DNA of 64,000 nucleotides from Eledone cirrhosa (lineage: Eukaryota). A program made the translations under genes and the position numbers. The notes beneath the pieces are model-generated. The model was not told the origin of the DNA and made no database searches. It was given only the letters and a program-made list of their open reading frames with translations. The DNA is taken from the NCBI GenBank assembly GCA_964016885.1, contig OZ024743.1, forward strand, positions 119,164,001 to 119,228,000. The letters run 5' to 3'. Within the stretch, counting starts at the first letter, position 1, and each line of letters opens with the position of its first letter. This document shows positions 58,524 through 64,000 of this stretch, in pieces.

Positions 58524-58626
58524 TATATATATATGTATATGAATATATATATGTATATGAATATATATATATGTATACGAATAGATATATATATGTATAT
58601 GAATATATATATACATATATATATGC

Positions 58627-58657
<31 letters not shown>

Positions 58658-58685
58658 CACACACACTTGTATATATACACCTACA

Positions 58686-58739
<54 letters not shown>

Positions 58740-58845
58740 CACACATACATATATACATACATACATACATACATACATACATACATACATACATACATAC
58801 ACACATACATACATACACACATACATACATACATACATACATACA

Positions 58846-58881
<36 letters not shown>

Positions 58882-59084
58882 TACATACACACATACATAT
58901 ATACATACATATATGCGTGTGTTTGTGTAGTGTGTGCGCAGGCGCGAATGCACGTGAAATTATTTCAGGTGTGTGCGGGGTGGGGGGAAACAGACGACGG
59001 AGAACATAAAGAAAAAAAAAAAAAAAAAAAAGGGGTGTTGAGTGGAGTAGGCATGCATTGTGAAATATAAATACTTCAATTTAC

Positions 59085-59425
59085 CTTTTAAGCAAGATCT
59101 TCCATTCTGTTGGTCATTAGTGAACTGGCTTCCTGATAGATATCTCGGAATCGTGTAAGATCCGGAATTTGTCCCGAAATTCAAATTGGCCGCCGCCGCC
59201 GCCGCCGCCGACACGGAGGCCGCGTCCCAAAATCGTGGCCCCATTTGGTTTTGACCGTATATACAAGAATCGCCGAAATCTAGAGCGGCGGCGGCGGCGG
59301 CTGCTGCGGCGGCGGCGGCTGCTGCTGCGGCGGCCCCGCACGAGGCCGCCGTAGGGGCTTGGTTTTGACAAAAGTGACCCGGCAGGGTGTCAGAAAAGTA
59401 CAACATGTTCCAAAGTTTGGTATAA
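59085..59425 (-). CDS. Exon of an unidentified host gene encoding a poly-Ala-rich segment (possibly a transcription-factor N-terminus)
   Basis: GC/CpG-rich open frame YTKLWNMLYFSDTLPGHFCQNQ..poly-Ala..LDFGDSCIYGQNQMGPRFWD..A7..NGRSCLK. Acceptor CACTTTCAG| at 59426, donor AAG|GTAAAT at 59084, possible start ATG at 59406. Alanine codons are mixed. Confidence 0.75.
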
Positions 59426-59457
59426 CTGAAAGTGCATGGACTAAATAGATCTTTCAC

Positions 59458-59506
<49 letters not shown>

Positions 59507-59537
59507 CTATCTCTCTCTCTGTCTCTCTCTTACTGTA

Positions 59538-59611
<74 letters not shown>

Positions 59612-59753
59612 GTATCCTTCTTACTGTATTATTCTCTATTGATGTTTCTAAGTTTCTCTATCTATCTATCTATATATCTATTTATTTCTCACCTCCTCTC
59701 TCTCTCTCTCAATTTGTTATACACTCTCTCTTTCTTTCTCTCCCTCTCTCTCT

Positions 59754-59794
<41 letters not shown>

Positions 59795-59952
59795 TCTCTC
59801 TCTTTCTCAATACCTTTCTTTTTCAATTCGTTGTCTTTTTATGGTTATGGTTTGTTTTTCATGTAATAATTTGTATGAAGTCTTTGATTCCATTTCAATG
59901 TTTTTATCCGTTATATGTATTTTTTTTGCATATATACATAAATATACATATG

Positions 59953-60070
<118 letters not shown>

Positions 60071-60369
60071 TATTTATATGTGTGTGTATATAGTTTCGCT
60101 ATTGCTACTACATCAGTTGTTGCTATTGATTGTGCTGCGGTTGTTGTTGTTGTTATTATTATTTTTATTATTATTATTAATTCTTTGTTATTTATTTAAC
60201 TAATTTTTTTTTTATTTAAATTATTCATATATTTATGCATTAACTCATTCATATATTTTGTTGAATTTTCGGTCTCCCGACACAAACAAAACTTCAAATT
60301 AAATGTGTATGTATGTATGTACGTATGTATGTATGAATGTTTATTTATATATGTATATACATGTGTGTG

Positions 60370-60403
<34 letters not shown>

Positions 60404-60746
60404 TGTGTGTGTGTACGTGTGTGTGTGTGTGTGCCAGCGCGTGTCAGTTATATCTGTCAGCTAAATTCCTTTAATTATTGATATGTCCGAAAACGAGTGA
60501 CTGTATGGGTATATATTTGTATAGAATTCCTTTGCAAATGCGTAGATGATTTTTGAAATATTTTTTTTTTTAAATACTCTATTTATATTTACTTTAAATA
60601 TACATGATATTATTATTATCATTATTATTATTATTAGCAGTAGTAGTGGTGGTGGTGGTGGTGGTGGCAGTATTTATTTCATGTGTAGGTTTTGTTTTAT
60701 ACAGAATTATACAGATGTAAACATTTCAGCATTACACATACATTAC

Positions 60747-60779
<33 letters not shown>

Positions 60780-60964
60780 CGTATTCAAATATAATTCACA
60801 AATATATATCTGGACATATGTATAAGTTCATTGGATATCTGGTCCATAACATTGTACGTCAATTATATACATGTATAAATATGTGTAATATATATATATA
60901 TATATATTTGTGTTTATACTTGTAAATATATATTTTTTGTCGACGCATACACACAGATACACGG

Positions 60965-61044
<80 letters not shown>

Positions 61045-61924
61045 TTGTATGTGTACTTGTGTTTATGTGTATATGTTAGTGTATGTATAGTTAGTATAGC
61101 GTCCTAGTGAAATTCATGGCATTATACAATAGTGTGTATATATGAGTCTCATTTGCATTATATTTCGGAATATTTATATTTTTTATCGATGTTACATTAT
61201 TTACATGTATGTGTATATATAAATTTATGTGCGTGTGTGTATGTTTTTGTGTGTCCGTGTATGTATTTATGTGACTGTATGTGTATATGCGTGTATGTGT
61301 GTGTGTATGTCAGTTTTATCTATATATCTACTATGTAAACAAGACAGTGTGTAATAGTGCGTGGAAAATAGGAGACGAAATTTTTAAAGACAACAGAACA
61401 AATATGAGCTAGTTTAGCAAATATAATCATACACACATAAACACACACACACACACTCACACATCATATATATATATACCGTATATATAAATATATATAT
61501 ATATATAATGTGAGGCGAGAGAAATATGTATTAACACACCATACAGGAGATAGAAAGAAAAATATAGAGAGAGTGAGTGAAAGAAAGAGAGTGATAGACA
61601 AAGGCGCACGAGAGAAAGAGTCAGAAGAGAGAGAGAAAGAGAGAGAGTGAATATGATAAAGAGAGGGAGGGACACACACGTATATACAAAAATATATAAT
61701 AATATTAGTGTTGCCTTGTTTTCCTTTCAAAAGCGTTGCCTCCCCTCGGCTGTTGATGGTTGAAAGAGATGATTGAAATTGGCATATAGTAGTGGTCACA
61801 GTGTTGTGAGTGAGGGTAAGGTTGAGAAGCAGCAGATAAAAAGGGAGGAACTGAGATAGAGAGAAAGAAAAGGAAAGAGAGTGTATGAAGGGGAGGTAGA
61901 TAGATAGATAGATAGATAGAGAGA

Positions 61925-61981
<57 letters not shown>

Positions 61982-62168
61982 GAACAGAGTGTAATTCGTA
62001 GTGAAGTAGAAGGAAGGCTGGCTTACCGATCGACAGACATGATTTGTGAGTCCAGAATATTACTTGGGAAAAAGAAAGTGAGGAAAAGAACGAAAGAGGG
62101 AGATACGACGATAAATTGATACAAAATGAATATTCACATGTATTTATATACGTATATATAACTATATA

Positions 62169-62247
62169 CAGGGTGTCCCCAAAAATTGTATACACATGTT
62201 TATTGAAATGGTGTTGAAGATGTATACATTTTTTTGTGGACACCTTG
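62169..62247. mobile_element. Tc1/mariner-type MITE
   Basis: TA|CAGGGTGTCCCCAAAAATTGTATACA ... TGTATACATTTTTTTGTGGACACCTTG|TA. Confidence 0.8.
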
Positions 62248-62305
62248 TATATACATATCTATGCAAATAGTATATATATATATATATATATATACATACA
62301 TACAT

Positions 62306-62336
<31 letters not shown>

Positions 62337-62519
62337 AATATATATATATATAGTTAGTTAGTTACAACAGTTACACATACAGGTGCTTAAGTTTCGTTGG
62401 GTTATACGCCCCAGCTCAATCAGCCTGTTATAAAAAAAGAAAAAAAAATATATATATATTTATACACGCACATACATATAATACATACATAATTACACAC
62501 ACGCACAATACACACAGAC

Positions 62520-62579
<60 letters not shown>

Positions 62580-62805
62580 GCATAATCTAATCATACACTA
62601 CACACACGCACATGTATATATATATATGAAAGAGAGATTTATTTAATTATGTCTCATATAAGATAATACAATCAACTTTCTACAAAATACTATATAGTTA
62701 GCACCCCAAACACTTAATTGGGATTATACTTAGGTATATCCTAATGTTTGTTGAGTGAGATGGAGTTGGTCAGAGTATCGCTTAAAGCTTTCTCTGTTAA
62801 TGTAT

Positions 62806-62863
<58 letters not shown>

Positions 62864-62895
62864 TCAATAGACAAAAAATAACTTAATAACGTCAA

Positions 62896-62952
<57 letters not shown>

Positions 62953-62954
<2 letters not shown>

Positions 62955-63164
62955 CGAAGGAAATGTGGTAAGGAACCAGATGGACCATAACGCACCAAAG
63001 TACTCAATACTTAGGGTAGTAGAGTGGGTAATAGGAACAAGTAGGACCCCGACGGCTGAGCTCAAGCCGTTTCGACGGGTAATTCTGGACTAAAAATACA
63101 ATGATTTTAATCCAGAATTACCCGTCGAAACGGCTTGAACTCAGCCGTCGGGGTCCTACTCGTT

Positions 63165-63168
<4 letters not shown>
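62953..63168. mobile_element. Family G fold-back element, copy 4
   Basis: Arms ~63030-63095 / 63105-63168. GAAACGGCT..AGCCGTC-GGGGTCC on both strands. (TA)n on both sides. Confidence 0.9.
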
Positions 63169-63214
<46 letters not shown>

Positions 63215-63595
63215 TTAACATTAAGACAGATATTATACATGATCGTATTTATTGCATATTGTTTATGGAACCTATCGTGATATCGAGATTGTCCGGTTAA
63301 TCCTTTCTAGTCCATATGTACTCCTTGAATATAAACAGTGTGAATTATATTTCCTTCTTACAGTGTTAAGCACATTTGCCTAACTGCAAAAGTTTTCAGT
63401 ATTAATCATTATTATTGATAAAGAAGTCAGTATTATAGGGGAAATTGAAGGATAATAGTTCGGTATGTTTAGTAGAACGAACTTGGAACTATTCTTACTC
63501 TGCAAATACTTGAACCACTCAATCACGTCGCTTGCTTTGGAGCATGGATGTAGATTGTTTGTTGTAGTTGTACCCCCTTTCTATGTGCCGGTATG

Positions 63596-63665
<70 letters not shown>

Positions 63666-64000
63666 AATATGATAATAATGGAGCTGCGGCGTTGCAAATG
63701 GGATACATATGAAAAAGTGAGTCCTTCATCAGTGACCCTCCAACCGTGCCAGGCATTTCATCGCTTTAAGGGCCATATACCTCAGGTTGGTGCGAACAAC
63801 GGCTAAAAAAAGTCGTTGGGACACGTATATATATATATATAGAAACACATATATATATATATGGAAATACATATATATACAAATCTACATATAAATATAT
63901 ATGTATATGTATACATATATATATAAATGTACATATGAATATATATGTACATGTATATAAATATATATGTATATGTGTGTGTATATATATATATATATAT

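Noticed and set aside
59117-59371. Alternative Arg-rich (-) and Pro/Arg-rich (+) frames over the exon
   Set aside because: Shadow frames of the GCN alanine codons; the Ala frame is the one open across the whole splice-site-bounded exon.

Overview
Eukaryotic, AT-rich, microsatellite-saturated animal DNA. The SINE families and repeat style resemble an octopod cephalopod; this is recognition from memory, not a database result. Nearly all listed ORFs are translations of (TA)n, (CA)n, (GA)n or triplet repeats. The only credible host coding sequence is one minus-strand, poly-Ala-rich exon (59425-59085) with AG/GT boundaries. The rest is repeat debris: tRNA-headed SINEs, RTE-type SINEs, fragments of Dong/R4, RTE, Tx1/L1 and CRE-like LINEs, a decayed mariner, and hAT and Tc1 MITEs. 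The main result is a non-coding layer that the ORF track misses. About 20 intact, degenerate or half type-I hammerhead ribozyme motifs (stem I-CUGANGA-stem II-GAA-palindromic stem III-H-stem I') from several unrelated families sit mostly in short islands inside (TA)n arrays. Many islands are asymmetric fold-back palindromes. Several fold back at the ribozyme's own stem II, which removes the CUGANGA strand. Unrelated families share a 3' signal: WGAGTRCT, a small hairpin, then (TA)n. This fits pseudo-LTR remnants or non-autonomous derivatives of (TA)n-targeting Penelope-like retroelements.
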